From positions 2,880,001 to 2,944,000 of the forward strand of contig CP086569.2 of the NCBI GenBank assembly GCA_009914755.4: a stretch of DNA of 64,000 nucleotides, given 5' to 3'. Below are positions 1 through 14,530 of the stretch, in pieces (within the stretch, counting starts at the first letter, position 1; each line of letters opens with the position of its first letter). Both the position numbers and the translations under genes were made by a program. The notes under the pieces are model-generated. The model did no database searches and was not told the DNA's origin. It saw only the letters and a list, made by a program, of their open reading frames with translations. Origin of the DNA: the human T2T-CHM13v2.0 reference genome, Homo sapiens.

Positions 1-107
1 AAAAGTCTAAATTGACTGTGATGATGGTTGCATATATAATTGAATACACTAAAAACCATTAAATTATAAAATTTAAATGCATAAATTGTATGGCATGTAA
101 ATTACAT

Positions 108-520
108 CTTTTTATTTTTTTATTTTTAATTTTTGTGGGTACATAGTAGGTGTATATATTTATGGAGTACATGAGATATTTTGATAAAGACACCCCGTCA
201 TGCAAAATGGGGTATCCATCCCCTCAAGCAGTTATCCTTTGTGTTACAAACACTCCAATTATATTTTTTTAGTTATTGTAAAATGTACAATTAAATTATT
301 ATTGATGATAGTCACTGTTGTGGTATGAAATACTAAATACTATTCACATTTTCTAACTATTTTTGTATCCATTATCCATGTGATTTATGTGTTAATAAAG
401 CCATTTAAAATACTTTAAGAACCAGATGGAAAGAGATATATTTACTTGGTACATTATAGATTAATACAATGAATCTACACAACACTTGAGTGTAATATCT
501 GGGGGCTATTTTTTTCTTCC
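108..520 (-). mobile_element. LINE-1 3' end, older primate/mammalian subfamily, T-run then gtgggtacatagtaggtgtatatatttatgg... motif
   Basis: Sequence from ~131 (tttttgtgggtacatagtaggtgtatatatttatggagtacatgagatattttgat...atggggtatccatcccctcaagca...) matches the reverse-complemented 3' tail typical of old L1 (L1PB/L1MA-like) elements; same motif recurs at 9726. Family call from memory, not searched. Confidence 0.45.
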
Positions 521-3500
521 TGTTTTATCAACTGCTATGTCTTCAGAACCGTACGCAAAAGGTGCTCAATAAAGATCTGTTACTGTTTGTTTTTTAACTG
601 TTAGTTCAAATACATCAGTACACATTATTTAACTAGACAAATTCCCATAGAATCAGAGGTTTTCTTTCTCTATAGTCTTTCTCTCTGTATATCCCTACAA
701 TTGGGTTAGGAGAAAAGAAAGAAGGAAGGAAGTCTGGTCATTTGTGTTTCCTCATTGAAGGATGTATTCTTTTTTGATACAAACTTGTGCTTAGTAAAAA
801 TAGTCAATTTCACAATCAAGATTGCAGACATCCAAAATATGATTGTAACAGACACTATTTGTTTCCACTGAATATACATTCCCCATATTTTTCTTTGTCA
901 CAAATCCCCACTTCTGCTCAGGTATTAGATGACATTGGGTTCCTTCCCATTTCAGGAATAAATTGTGATTAGTGCAATCTTATTATGGTATTTTATTCCT
1001 ATAGTAGACAGTGTTCTCCAGAAAAAAAATAGAACCAATAGAACGTGTGTGTGGGTTCAGGGGAGGGGAGAGAGTTTACTTTAAGAAAGTGGCTGCAAAA
1101 CTGTGGAGGCTGGCAAGTCCCAGCTCTGCTGGTAGACCAGCAAGCAGACTAGACTCATGGAATAGTCTGTGTTTCAGCCCCAGTACTAAGGAGGTCAGTG
1201 GGCAGATTCCCTTTTTCTCAGAGAAGATCAGTCTTTTTCTTAAATCCTGGAAATGATTGCATGGGGCCCACCCACATTATAGAGGGCATTCTGCTTTATT
1301 CAAAGTCTGCTAACTTAAATATTAATCTCACCAAAAAATACCTTCACAGAAACATCCTAATATGTTTCACCAAATACACTGGTACATAGCCTATCCAAAT
1401 TGACACATAAAATTAACCTTCACAAGTCTACCTTTTGTCAATTTGGCACTCATATGCATATCAAACTATAATCTCAAAATACACAAAATTACAAAGTTAT
1501 ACTTCTGCTTAACATGATACATTTTACTACATACAACTAAAAATGCACTAACATTTTCTCCAGAAAAGGATGCAAAATCTTTGTTTAATATTCACTTTTC
1601 TTCTTGATATTCTAGAATTTAATTACTATAATATACAGTTAAAAATGCTTAAATATTATGCTGTTAAATAAAAATACCTTATATTATATAAAAAGAGGAT
1701 TAGATATAGAAGAAAAATGATATTTACTGAACATTATATAGATAGTTGAATGTATATATGTATATATATTTCTACTCATATATATATATAAATATGTTTG
1801 CAGTAAAATAAGAAAAACTATTTACGACAATTACATCCTCATTTCTGTAACTCATCATACAGTCATGGAATATACAGGCAGTCTCCAACTTACAATTGTT
1901 TTGCTGGCAATTTTTCGACTTGATGATGATGTGAGAGTGATACACAATCAGTAAAAATCATACTTTAAATTTTGAAATTTGATATTTTCCCAAGCTGGCA
2001 ATATGTTGTATGATACTGTCTCATAATACTGTTCTGAGCATTTTTAAGGTAGGCTAAGCTGAGCTATGCTGTATGGTAGGTTATGTGTATTAAATGCATT
2101 TTTCATTTACAATATTTTCAACTTATAATGGATTTATCAGGATGTAACCCCATTATAAGTCAAGGAGCATTTCTATTTACAACTACAATCTCCTACTACC
2201 CATTTAACATTTCCTTTGCCTTCAGCAAACACCTCAGTTGTTGGTCATGGGTATTTACCTGGTGGGGTAAACAAAACTTCATTTCAGGAATGTCTGCTTT
2301 ATTAGCAGTTTTGTCTGAATTGGGTTGTTGCAGTTTTCCATTCACTTTAAACATAGCAAATGGTGACACTAAGAGATACTCCAAGGGATCTCCTGTATTT
2401 CAGACTCCTGTATTCTTATGGTATTGTTAAGTAGCAGTTTAATTTCCCGGTAATCAGGATCAATCACCTCAACCAGCACAATAACTCACTTATTTGTCTA
2501 TTGATTCAATGGGATAAGTATCTCAAAGTAGCCAGGTAGTATTCTTAACTTCAAGTACAATGTAATCATTATTGTGCCTCCTGGCAGAAGTATTTTCCCT
2601 TTGGAAATAAGACTTTTAGGCCAGCAGAGCATAAGGTCACGGCAACAGGAAGCAAAGTGGATCATTAGGGGTAATAGCTAATCGTGCCACTACCAATTCC
2701 ACTCCTTGAATGCTGGACACAGAAATCCTAGCTATGGGAGAAACAGCACCAAATTAGATGCTGATTCAGAGCATAAACATTGTCCTGAAGAATCTTACCC
2801 CAGCCTTTCAAGATAGTAACCCTAGTTGGCATAGTAACTGAGTCATCAAAAGGCCATTCCACTGTTCTATTAAGCCTGCTGCTTTATAATGGTGAGAAAC
2901 ATAGTAAGACGAATAAATTCCATAAGCATAGGCCCATTGCCACACCTTATTTGCTGTGAAGTAGGTTTCTTGATACAAAGCAATAAGTATGGAATACATG
3001 GTAAGGCATTCTGTGAGTCCACAGATGGTAGTTTTAGCAGAAGCATTGCACATGCGGGAAAGGAACATCCATTTCCAGAATGAGTTTAAGTTCCAGCAAG
3101 GAAAAAAGAAGAAAAAAAAAAAAACAAAAAAACACTACCCTTTCCATAATGGAAGTGTTCCAATGTAATCTACTTGCTGATCTCCCCAAGGAAGGGTGCT
3201 ATATCAGAGACTTGGTGTTGGTGTCTGATGCTAGCAGATTGGGCACTCAGGAGTGGCCATAGCCAGGTCAGCCTTGGTGAATGGAAGGCCATGTTGCTGA
3301 GCCCAGACATAAACTCTATCCCTGTCAGCATAGCCACTTTATTCATGAGCTCACTGGGGGATTATAGGGGTGGCTAGGAAAGAGGCTATCTGGTATCCTC
3401 CACAGAATGGGTGATCTTATCTACTTGATTGTTAAAAAATTTCTCTACTAAGGTCATCCATTGTTGAGCATTTATACGGAATACAAATATCTTCAAATTC

Positions 3501-4895
3501 TTCACCCATTCTGAGAGGTCTATCCACATACCTTTTCCCCAGACTTCCTTGACAACTATTTTCAAATGATGTTCTATAAATTTTCTAACCTTTAAGCCAA
3601 ACCATTGCCATGAGTTGACACATAACTGCAAATCTGGCCATTTCTTCTTCCAAACAAAGTAAACAGCCAGGTGCACTTCTTGAGGTTCTGCCCATTAGGA
3701 GGATTTTTCTTCAATACTGCTTTTCAGGTATGTCCAGAAAGGAGCTGCAGTTCTCTAACTATCAACTTTTACGTAATGCCTACATATCACACAGAACCAT
3801 TTGCAAACCAGGCCCAGGTCTTCCCTTCCCCTATCAAATGATCATAGGAAACTTCCTAATAGGCCATAGGGGCAGGTTGGGAGAGACAAGGCAATGCTGC
3901 AGGAGTGGGGACCATAGGCATTTAGGTCACTGCTTCATATAACACATCTTTGCATTTAGAGCCTGCTGAAACTCAATCTGGAGTTATTGCTTTCATTTCA
4001 TAATGAAGTGCTGCTATACTTCCTTAACCTTATGGCTTGGTATTTCAGAGACTATTTAGTTAGTTATGGGCAGCTTCAGTTACATGGTAACTTGGTGGCT
4101 TGTGGTTAAGCATTCAGTCTTTGCCATGGCCCAATAGTGAGTCAAGGGCTGTCTCTCAAAAGAAAAGTAGTTATCTGCAGAGAATAGCAGAGTTTCCTAC
4201 AAATTCCTGAGGCCCTGCACTGTGATTTATCTATAAGGTCCTACCAAAGGCTCCAAACAGCATCCCTGTCTGACATGAACATTTCAAGCTCCATTTTATT
4301 TGCTGCATCATATAGCTCAAGTGACAGAGCAGCATGCACAGCACCCTGCACCTGCTGCAGAGTCTTCTCTTGTTCTGAGCTCTACTCAAAACTGACAGCT
4401 TTTTGGGTTACTCAATAAATAGGCCAAGATAGCATACACGAATGAGGAATATGTTGCCTTTAAAATTCAAAAAGGTTCACTAAGCATTGTGCAACTTTTT
4501 TGGTTGTGGGAGGGGTCTCATGCAAAAACTTATTCTTCAGCTTATAAGGGATATATTTACATGACACAAACACAGTACTATGGCTATTTCGCTCTGGTAA
4601 AGGTCTCTGATGTGTATTGAGATTTATTTTCTACTCTCTCACCAATATCTTACCATTTATTGTAGAATTATCGCTACCTCTTGTTCTATAGATCCAATCA
4701 GCATAATGATACTAGTGTATTTGACCAGTGTGACTTCTTATAGAAGAAAAAGGTGATCAAAATCTCTGAAAAATTATGACATAAGACAGAATAGCTAATA
4801 TACCCCCTGAGTTAGGACAGTGACCTTTTATTGTTGGTCATACAAGCTGAAATTAAGCTGCTTCTCATGGCTCTTACTAAAAGGTAAAGAGATAA

Positions 4896-5475
<580 letters not shown>

Positions 5476-5517
5476 TCTCTTTTTGTTTTCTATTCTTCCA
5501 GGTAGTGGCAGTTCTAC

Positions 5518-5880
5518 TGTGATATGGATTGGCTCTGTGTCCCCACCCAAATATCATCTGGAATTGTAATCCCCACATGTCAACGGAGGGAGGTGACTGG
5601 ATCATGGTGGCGGTTTCCCTCATACTGTTCTCATGATAGTGAGTGAGTTCTCATGAGATCTGATGGTTTTATAAGCATCCGGCATTTCCCTTGCTCACTC
5701 TTCTCTCTCTTGCTACCATGTGAAGACGGTCCTTGCTTCCCGTTCACCTTCTGCCATGATTGTAAATTTCCCGAGGCCTCCCCAGCCATGGAGAACTGTG
5801 AGTCAATTAAGCCTCTTTCCTTCATAAATTACCCAATCTTGGGTAGTATCTTTATAGCAGTGTGAGAATGTACTAATACA
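5518..5880 (+). mobile_element. THE1-type MaLR solo LTR (~363 bp) with 5-bp TSD TACTG
   Basis: tgtgatatggattggctctgtgtccccacccaaat...ttataaattacccaatcttgggtagtatctttatagcagtgtgagaatgtactaataca matches THE1/MST LTR consensus start and end; tactg immediately before (5513-5517) and after (5881-5885). Confidence 0.85.
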
Positions 5881-8349
5881 TACTGGCTCCCACCTGACCT
5901 TTCCTACCATAATGACCTTCATTCCACAAGTCAGGGAACCCATGTGGGGACTGTGCCAGTTCCTGAGATTATCTATACCAATTATAGATTATGAAACTAG
6001 GGAATTAAGCACAGAATGATTTGGGGCACCCTCTAGATCCTGAAGGTGGACCAGAGCTAAAACATCATTGATCATCTGACCTCTATAAGTTCTTACTTTG
6101 GTGCATCAGAGTGATGTTATTAGTGTCAGTTCAGAGCCAGTATGCAGTAATTCCTGAAAGTTTCTGATTATGTCATTTTTCTCACTGCACAGACATCATA
6201 GTGAAAGGACATAAATCTCTTGGAAGAATGCTTGTAGTAAGATTAACTGTGTAAATTTTTGGCAATGTAACAGACTCTTTTCTCAAGTGGACCCAGTCTT
6301 TCTTTCATTAAAGGGGTTCTGGGTCTGTAAACTGGCTTCATGTCTGGGAACTGATTAAGAGGTCACAACTACTATCTCTTTTTACGATTCAGGCTAGATG
6401 TTTGTTCACTTTACCTAAACATTTTCTATTTATACAGATAAAGTAAGAATTTAGTAGGTTTCCTATCAATTTCACATTTAGAAACACTGTGATTAAATAC
6501 CCAACACCATAGGTCTCTTCAAGTCAGATTATTCTGATTACTTCTTTGACTCTGATGTCCATTATAGTAACCATGCCCACTTTTTTGGGGGGAATTGAGT
6601 GCTGCCACTTGACCCCTGCCACCTTAAGATCCAATTTCCCTTACTGCATTTAGATTTCCCAATTTGGTGGCAGTAGTTTCCAATGTAAGTTCTGACTCAC
6701 AGAGAAGAATGACCATAGAGGTGTTCAAGGATGCTAAAGCTCCCCTAACATTTTTTTTTTCTCATGGTAAAAGATTTGTTATTTGGACCCTACTGACATG
6801 GATGAGCAGGTCTTAAAAGACAAATGCACTGTTACATTCCAATCTCTCTAAGTGCTTTAGTTCCTTCACCCACAGCATACCAAAAAAAAAAGTTTTGACA
6901 TCTCTCCTTCATTTGCTGAGGGCCACCTTTTGGTCCATGTTTCAGACAGCCAACCAAATCAACTACTGAAGCCCTTTATAAATTCCTGGGCTACAACCTT
7001 AATTTGAGAATCTCTGTTTGGTGGGCTCATATCAATAAATTTAGCCTAATCCAACTTTAAGTTTCTTCCACCATGATCTCACATGTGTAAATTGGAAAAA
7101 AAAATGTAGTTCTTTTGAAGTGTAACACACCTCATGAATTACACTTTGTATTTCACCTTTCAGTCCCTTCTGGGACTTGAGTCTAGTTATAGGTATAGAA
7201 GTAAAGAGTAGTGTTGAGGGTGGATCATGAGAAGAAGCAGTATCTTGCAAGGCAGTTACCTTAGGGGAGCCATTACAGTTTCCTTAGGCAGTGTAGGATT
7301 AATCTCCTTAGATGGGGTTGCAGAGGCTTCTCCACTTACAGAGAAGACTCATGAAAATTTAAGGACTCAGCATCCTTAGGTTCATCACAGTCTGCCCTGA
7401 TATCCCATTTCAAGTTTCAGGATTCCATTTCTTTCCAATCAATCATCTCACTTTAACAGCAGACATTTTCTGAGGTTTGAAATTCAGTTTGGGTTGTGAT
7501 TCAGCCACTTACCAAATGAAACTCTTGGTTTGTTTTCCAGCAATCTCATCTCTGAGGGTACAAACAATAAGCGTTTATTTCAGGGCAGACATGGAAACTT
7601 TCCGGTCATTTATGTAACACATAGGCTGACACATAAATACCTGAGCTTATGCTCTGTTTTCTCCACTTTGTTCAGCAAGATTAGGAGTAACCAGCCTGTT
7701 TCCTTATATTCATTAGTTTGTTAAGAATGTTCTAAAATACCAAATACATAGTCATTCAAAATCTTGCCTCTTATAAGTATTTGATTGGGAGTATCCAATT
7801 GTGATATTTTGTGTATTTTTATTGCCACAATATGCCATGGACTCTCAGTACTCTCCTCAACTTTGGAAATATAGTCATTACTATTTGAGAGCACAGCAGT
7901 GTCTATAAATTTAAATTGATTAGAGAACTAATTCAAGAAACTCCAGAAGCTATTCAGAAAACTCATCCTTAAAACTCTGTCCCTCTAGAACCATTTTTGG
8001 TAACAAAAGCTGTAGTTGTCATGGTTCTCCAAAGAAAGAGAACCAACAGGATATTTACAGGTGTAGATATATAAATATATACATAGTATCCATTTATGTA
8101 TCTATCTACCTGTATGTATCTATCTATCTGTCTACTAAGAGAGAGATTTTTAAGACTTTGGTTCACATGATTATGTGGTTGCAGAAGCTGGAAAGTCAGA
8201 AAGGTAAATTGGCAGGCTAAAGACTAAGGGAAGAGTTGATCTTGCAGCTGGAGACTGCCCAACTGTTATTGAAAAAAGCACAAATGCAACCTAATGGAGG
8301 AAGAATATCCTTTTCAATAAATAGTGTTGGAAAAATTGGACATCCATAG

Positions 8350-8682
<333 letters not shown>

Positions 8683-9725
8683 GAAAGGAAAACTAGTTTG
8701 AAAACCAGAAATATTAGATGTTTCTCCTAGCTGAAATCTGTTAAGAGATTTTAAAAATATTTTTTCAAAAAGATCTCTATGGTCAAAGGTCAGCTTAATT
8801 AAAAGCTGATGTTCAGGTTATACTTAAAAAAAAAAAAAAGGCCCTTCTCTTTTTCTCTGTTTTTGAATTATATTTCTTCCGTGGGAACTTCTAAGTCAAC
8901 TGAACCCCTTATTCTTGAAGCTTAGCTAACTAGAACTTTATTGGCCTTTATAGAAAACTTGAAATTTCCCTAATCTGGTTCCTCTAAGACTAATTCAATA
9001 TGTTTCTCCCCCTTTTTTCCTTTTGCTGGCTTTTTTCAGCCCATGCTTTCTCCATTTGGTGGTCAATGAATAAGAATTACTAAAGCAAAACCTTAGAGTT
9101 CTGGCTACCATATGGAGGGAACTAAAGTAAGACTTGTAGCATCTTTGAGATCATTTGAGGAACACAAAATGGACACCACTAAACCCTTTTTAGAGATCCT
9201 CTCTTTCTCCTGGAGTCCCAAGTGTCATGGATGGGTTCCTCCAAAGTGTAAAGCTCTTTTGTCTTCTGCCTTGAGTTCCGTGATCTCTGGCTTTTGGGAG
9301 TACAAAGGGTTATTTTATAGTGTGAGAGAACACTAGAACTTTGAGTTTACAGTCATTAAAAAGTCACTGTCAAGAGCTGCAATTTTCAAGGTAACTGACA
9401 GTGGTGGCAAAAAATGGTTGTTACAGGGAAAATCTCTGGCTTCCTGTCCTCTTAGTTTCTTCACATGCTTAGATTAAAAAAAAACAGTCTCAGATGTCTG
9501 ATCAAGTCAGATAGAAATTGGCAGTAAATAGCAATGGTATCTGAATTTTCTCGTATGCTAATTTGTCTAATTATTTGTAAAATCCTGTATTACATTCCTA
9601 TGATTTTTTTTGCTACCATTTTTTAAATTATCCTGTGTCTCATCGGTCTCATCTAACTGAAACACTTGAACTTAATTCTCCCACTCACCTGGCCCTTTAT
9701 CAGGGCTTTCCCAGAGAGTGGCTAG

Positions 9726-9897
9726 CTTTTTTTCTAAAATTTTTGTGGGTATATAGTAGGTGTACATATTTATGGGGTACATGATATATTTTGATACAGG
9801 CATACAATGTGAAATAAGCACATCTTGGAGAATGGGGTATCCATTCCCACAGCATTTATCCATTGAGTTGCAAACAATCCAATTACACTCTTGATAA
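9726..9897 (-). mobile_element. LINE-1 3' end fragment (same old-L1 tail motif as at 108-520)
   Basis: tttttgtgggtatatagtaggtgtacatatttatggggtacatgatatattttgatacaggcatacaatgtgaaataagcacatcttggagaatggggtatccattcccacagcatttatcc... Confidence 0.45.
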
Positions 9898-10912
9898 ATC
9901 TGCCAGGCCAGGGCTGGAGTTTATAACCACCTTCCAGAGAAAAACCTGAAGACCAAATTAGAAAAAAATGCAACAAATTCACCCAGATGAATTTTGGAAA
10001 CATTCAAACCTAAAATCTAGTCCACAGCCTACATACATTTATTTTAATAGTAGACAATATATCTTACAGTCTTTTTTGAAGATAAAATTAAAAAAAAAAC
10101 TAATGCAAATGCATTTTAGTTTAAGTGATCTGAGATAACCTTTGGTAAATAAAGCTAGATTTAAAACTCTGAACTAAAAGTAAAAATGTCTTCAGAAGTG
10201 TCAGAATTTATTATTATACAAGCATACTTTTTTAAACCTAGAGTTCCTATTCAAGCAAGCTTGTTACCTCCTGGATATTTAAAGGAGAGGAAAAAACCAG
10301 GTTTAAATTTTAGCTTTTCGTTATCTCTGCTTTTATAATATTGTTGATGCATTCTTGATTTGTCTCAGGAGGAGGAACCTGAGGAGGCTGGATGCTGGGC
10401 TCCCAGAAAACATACATCTTGTTGTGAGCTTATGTACTTAATTTTGAGCCTCTGTATTCTGGGATCTAGACAGATCACCATTGTCAATCCTGGGGACGTG
10501 AGTGTGCTTAAAGCACCTGGGCCACCAGCTGCAGGGCAGAATCTAGCCTGGTATGACCACATCCTGCCTCCAGTGATTCAGATGCATGAGTTAGGATGAG
10601 ACTGGCTGATTTAGAGTTAACTTTGCTTTGCTTTTTCAAAAGAAAATAACTTTTAAAAAGCTACCTCTGTTTTCTATGAGCAATTAAAATATAATTGTTA
10701 AAAATAAGGAATTTATTTTATTTTATTTTTCAAGATGGCACATTAGACGCATTGCTAGCATACCTCTCTCAATTGAAAGGACAAAATAGTGCATAGAGAA
10801 TCATATTGTGAATGTTTTCAAGAAGCAATGCAGGTACTGAACAGGAACTCAAGGACCTTTTGAAAGGTCTGTAGATACCACCTTACTCCTGTGGGAACGC
10901 TCATTATTAAAT

Positions 10913-10915
<3 letters not shown>

Positions 10916-10949
<34 letters not shown>
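10916..10949 (+). repeat. poly(A) tract (34 nt)
   Basis: Uninterrupted A-run, probably tail of an upstream retroposed sequence abutting the following L1. Confidence 0.6.
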
Positions 10950-10951
<2 letters not shown>

Positions 10952-11990
10952 ATCTGTATTGGCGTGGATGTAGGGGAAAGGGAATGCTTATACATTGCTG
11001 GTGGGAATGTAAATTAGAACAAGCTCTATGGAAAACAATATGAAGATTCCCTAAAGAGCTAAAACTAGACCTACTATACAACTGAGCAATCTCACAACTG
11101 GGTATCTACCCAAGGGAAAAAAAGTCATTATGTGAAAAAGAAACTTGCACATGTATGTTTATAACAGCACAGTTTACAATTGCAAAGATGTGGAACCAAC
11201 CTAAGTGCCCATTGACTAATGAGTGGATGAAGAAAATGTGGTATATATACTTAGATTCCTACTTAGCCATTAAAAGGAAGAGAATAATGTCCTTTGCAGC
11301 AACTTCGATGGAGCTGGAGGCCATTATTCTAAGTGAAGTAACACGGGGGTGGTAAGCCGAAAACTATATGTTCTCACTCATAATTGGGAGCTAAGCTATC
11401 AATATGCAAAGGCATACAGAGTGATATAATGGACTTTAGAGACTCAGAAGGGGGAGGGTAGGAGGGGAGCTAGGGATAAAAACAGTACACATTAGTTACA
11501 ATGTGCACTACTTGAGTTATGGGTGCACCAAAATCTTAGAATTCACCACTGTAGGGAACTGAACAGTGAGAACACTTGGACACAGGGTGGGGAACAGCAC
11601 ACACCAGGGCCTGTAGTGGGGTTGGGGGAGGGGGGAGGGATAGCATTAGGAGATATACCTAATGTAAATGATGAGTTAACACGTACATGTATACATATGT
11701 AACATGGCACATGTATACATATGGCACATGGCACATGTATACATATGTAACAAACCTGGCACACATATACATGGCACATGTATACACATGTAACAAACCT
11801 GCACCTGCACATTGTGCACATGTACCATAGAACTTAAAGTGTAATAAAAAAAAGAATTTACCACTGTATAATTCATCCATGTAACAGAAGACCACTTGTA
11901 CCCCAAAATATATTAAAATAAAATGAAAATTAACAAAACAAATTGTACCAGGCAAACAATAAAAAAAAGCAAATATAAACAAACATTTAT
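10950..11990 (+). mobile_element. LINE-1 3' end (ORF2 C-terminus + 3' UTR), L1PA/L1PB-like, with expanded internal CATGTATACATATG repeats
   Basis: tacattgctggtgggaatgtaaattagaacaagctctatggaaaacaat...acagcacagtttacaattgcaaagatgtggaaccaacctaagtgcccat...aacttaaagtgtaataaaaaaaag...ttaccactgtataattcatccatgtaacagaagaccacttgtaccccaaaa matches L1 3' terminal consensus; 11680-11820 contains tandem copies of acatgtatacatatg(gc/ta). Confidence 0.9.
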
Positions 11991-12721
11991 ATATTTGTAA
12001 GTGAAATTTGTTAGTTTCAAGAATCTTTTCAGTTATTTAAAATCTAAAAGTCATGTTATGTTACATTAAGTAGTAGATAGTCATAAAATATCTGAGGAAC
12101 TATTTTGTTTGTTTGTTTTTGGTTTCCACAGAAATTCATCTTAATAAATATTTAATTACTGAAATCATGTAGAGGTCTGACTTGTCTGGAAGCTCATCTA
12201 CAACAACACTTCCTGAAATGAGACATAACTGTTAACTGTTTAATTGGACTGGCCTATTTGGGGATTAAGAGGCAGAGACAATGGCTTATGAGACAACCCA
12301 CCAACCCAATTTCTAGACTTCGAATCTTTTTGTGGAAGTTTCAGATTGGAGAACATTGAGGCTCATAAAACAATACCCCCAAATTAAGATCTCAGAAGCA
12401 TAGGTTTTCTCTGTCCTTCTCCTGCACTCCTGTCTGTTACCCCCTCATTTTCCCCCAAGGGAAGCCATAGAAACTAAAATCCCTTTTCTCCAAGATGGGT
12501 CATAGAAACTAGAACTCCTTTTCCACATGAGACAGTTAACACTGTGTTTCCTTTCTGGAAGAGATGTTGTAGATGGGCTTCCACAAAAGTAAGGCCTCTG
12601 TATGATTTCAGCATTCAAATATTTAATGAGGCATTTCTATGGAAATATAATAAACAAAGATAAGTTAGGTAATAGTCATAAAACCTAAAAATGATTACCC
12701 TAACTTTCCTCTTCTTTCTGT

Positions 12722-13880
12722 GAAAGTATTTAGGGGTGGCAAATATCCAAGTCTCCCAACACCAGATATGTTACTGGTGGCAAATATCTGAGTCTCATGG
12801 CACCAAATATGTTAGGGGTGGAAGGTATTGGAGTTAAGGGTGGTGAATCCGTACAGGTCTGCAGCAACCTCAATTCTTGCCTCCTCGGAAGAAAGAATTC
12901 AACTGAGAGGCATAAGGCAGAAAAAGAGACCAAGGCAAGTTTCAGAGCAGTAGTGGAATTTTATTTAAAAAGGCTTTTGAACAGGAAAGAAAGGAAAGTA
13001 CGCTTGGAATAGACATAAGAGGGCATGTGAAGGTCAAGTGCCATCTTTAACCCTGATCCTAGAACTTTATAGACTGGCCCCTTTCCCGTGATTCTTCCCT
13101 TAGTGTGGGCTTCCTGTACATGCAGTACCCTTCTTACCCTTGGGAGGTGAGTACACGCAGTATTTTTAGGAAGTTGTATGCGTGCTCATCTGAGACTTTC
13201 TTCCCTTTTCTGGTGGAGTGTCCTCGGAAGGTCATACTCTGCCATTTTGTCTCTTAATGCACATGCCCAGGAAGTTGCATCTCTCTGGCACCTACAATTA
13301 ACACTTTAGTGCAACAGGTGTGGACCATAAAAAAAATGACCTCTCCCTGACACCGGCTGTCAATTTATCACTTTTACAATGTGATAATTGCTGAACAATT
13401 ACCCAACATTCCTAATGGGTGGAGAAAGAGCCCTCTCCTGGACCACTCCTCCTAACTGCCATAAAGAACTTATCTGACCTACTTTGTTTGATAGTAGGTC
13501 ATAAGAGCCCCTTTTAAAAGAGGGTCCTTACCTATATCCAGAAGGAAGAAATGCTGCACAGAGAGGCTAGGACAAATACGAACAGACGGGCTTTGCTGTT
13601 TCCCGACTCAGTCTATTAGCATTAGCTATTACTCTCTTTTCAGTCATGGCTCTGCACAGTTGACCATTTTTTATTAAACCTAAGCATAATAACGGACACC
13701 TTCACCCATATCTTTGGGTCTTTATTCTGAAGGTTCTCATGTAACATAAAACTGTGATTCAATATAATTATTTTGCTTCTCTCTTGTTAAACTGTCTTTG
13801 TTCTAAGGGTGTCAGCTGTGACCCTTATGGGGAGGAAAGAAATCACCCATTTTGCACCCCCACAGGAAATTAGTTAACAT
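12722..13880 (+). repeat. Unclassified ~1.1-kb interspersed repeat A (LTR-like), copy 1; begins with 3 tandem ~40-bp units
   Basis: Homologous (est. 75-80% identity) to 20478-21460: shared blocks tggcaaatatcc...gtctgcagcaac(c/t)tcaattcttgcctc...gaagaaagaattc.actgag..gcataaggcagaaaaagagac...ctttcttcc(c)ttttctggtg...ggaaggtcatact.t.ccatttt.tctcttaatg.acatgc; 12729-12850 holds three tandem repeats (aggggtggcaaatatccaagtctcccaacaccagatatgtt / actggtggcaaatatctgagtctcatggcaccaaatatgtt / aggggtggaaggtattggagttaag...). Confidence 0.55.
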
Positions 13881-14009
13881 ATTATTTATTAATTTTTTGC
13901 TAAAATATATCTTATCAAATAACAGCTAGAGTGCAATTTAGCAGAAATGATGTTGGCATTACACAAATATAGAACATTTTTTATACACCTCTATATTTTG
14001 TGGGCTCAG

Positions 14010-14530
14010 AAACTGATATCCCAAAATATGGTGTTTTAATGTGCTGAACTTAAGAAGCCTCAAGTCTCGCTGACCTGTCCTCCACCACAGCCTCTCCCAA
14101 AGCATGGGACAAAGTTGTTATTTGAAGCTGCTCTATCGGCCCAAAGTCCAGACGCACCAGGGAGAACAATTGTTGTTGTTTTTCTCTTCCCTATTATATA
14201 ATTATTTATTGCCGAAAAGAAGACCAAGAATTTAACCACACAAGAACAGACTCTTATATAAGATAATGTCTGTCTCTCAAATGTATTCAAATTCCAAAGA
14301 GAACTATTTACCAGTTAATCTGTTCCCCATCCATTTATTCTTCCTGTTATTCAATTATTGCCCCTCACCATAATTCTTCTTCCTCCCTTTCAAAATCTGT
14401 TTTGCCAGGATCTGAGTCCCATTCTTTCTGTAACATCAAGCTGGTGTATAAGCTTCTTTGCCTTATTGGGGGGTTGGATCTTTGTTTCCTGTATAAACAT
14501 TGAATAAATTTGTATGCCTTTTCTCTTATT
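14010..14530 (+). repeat. Unclassified interspersed repeat B, copy 1 (ends aataaatttgtatgcc)
   Basis: aatatggtgttttaatgtgctgaacttaagaagcctcaagtctc...caccacagcctctcccaaagcatgggacaaagtt... and ...gataatgtctgtctctcaaatgtattcaaattccaaagagaactatttaccagttaatctgttcccc...aataaatttgtatgccttttctcttattaatc shares blocks with 19687-19960 and 42735-43100. Confidence 0.5.

Noticed and set aside
2083-2430. 115-aa plus-strand ORF in unique sequence
   Set aside because: No start context, no splice signals, hydrophobic low-complexity translation, and an overlapping antisense ORF of similar length. This is chance ORF length in AT-rich DNA.
10916-10949. 34-nt poly(A) as a possible mRNA-derived processed pseudogene tail
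   Set aside because: The upstream 200 bp shows no coding or UTR-like similarity I can recognise and directly abuts an L1 fragment. It is more simply the A-tail of a decayed SINE/LINE or an A-rich microsatellite.
11543-11982. Cluster of overlapping Cys/His/Tyr/Val-rich ORFs (92, 107, 76 aa) on the minus strand
   Set aside because: Artefact of translating the (ACATGTATACATATG)n tandem array inside the L1 3' UTR. The periodic CHV/YMC motifs simply mirror the DNA repeat.
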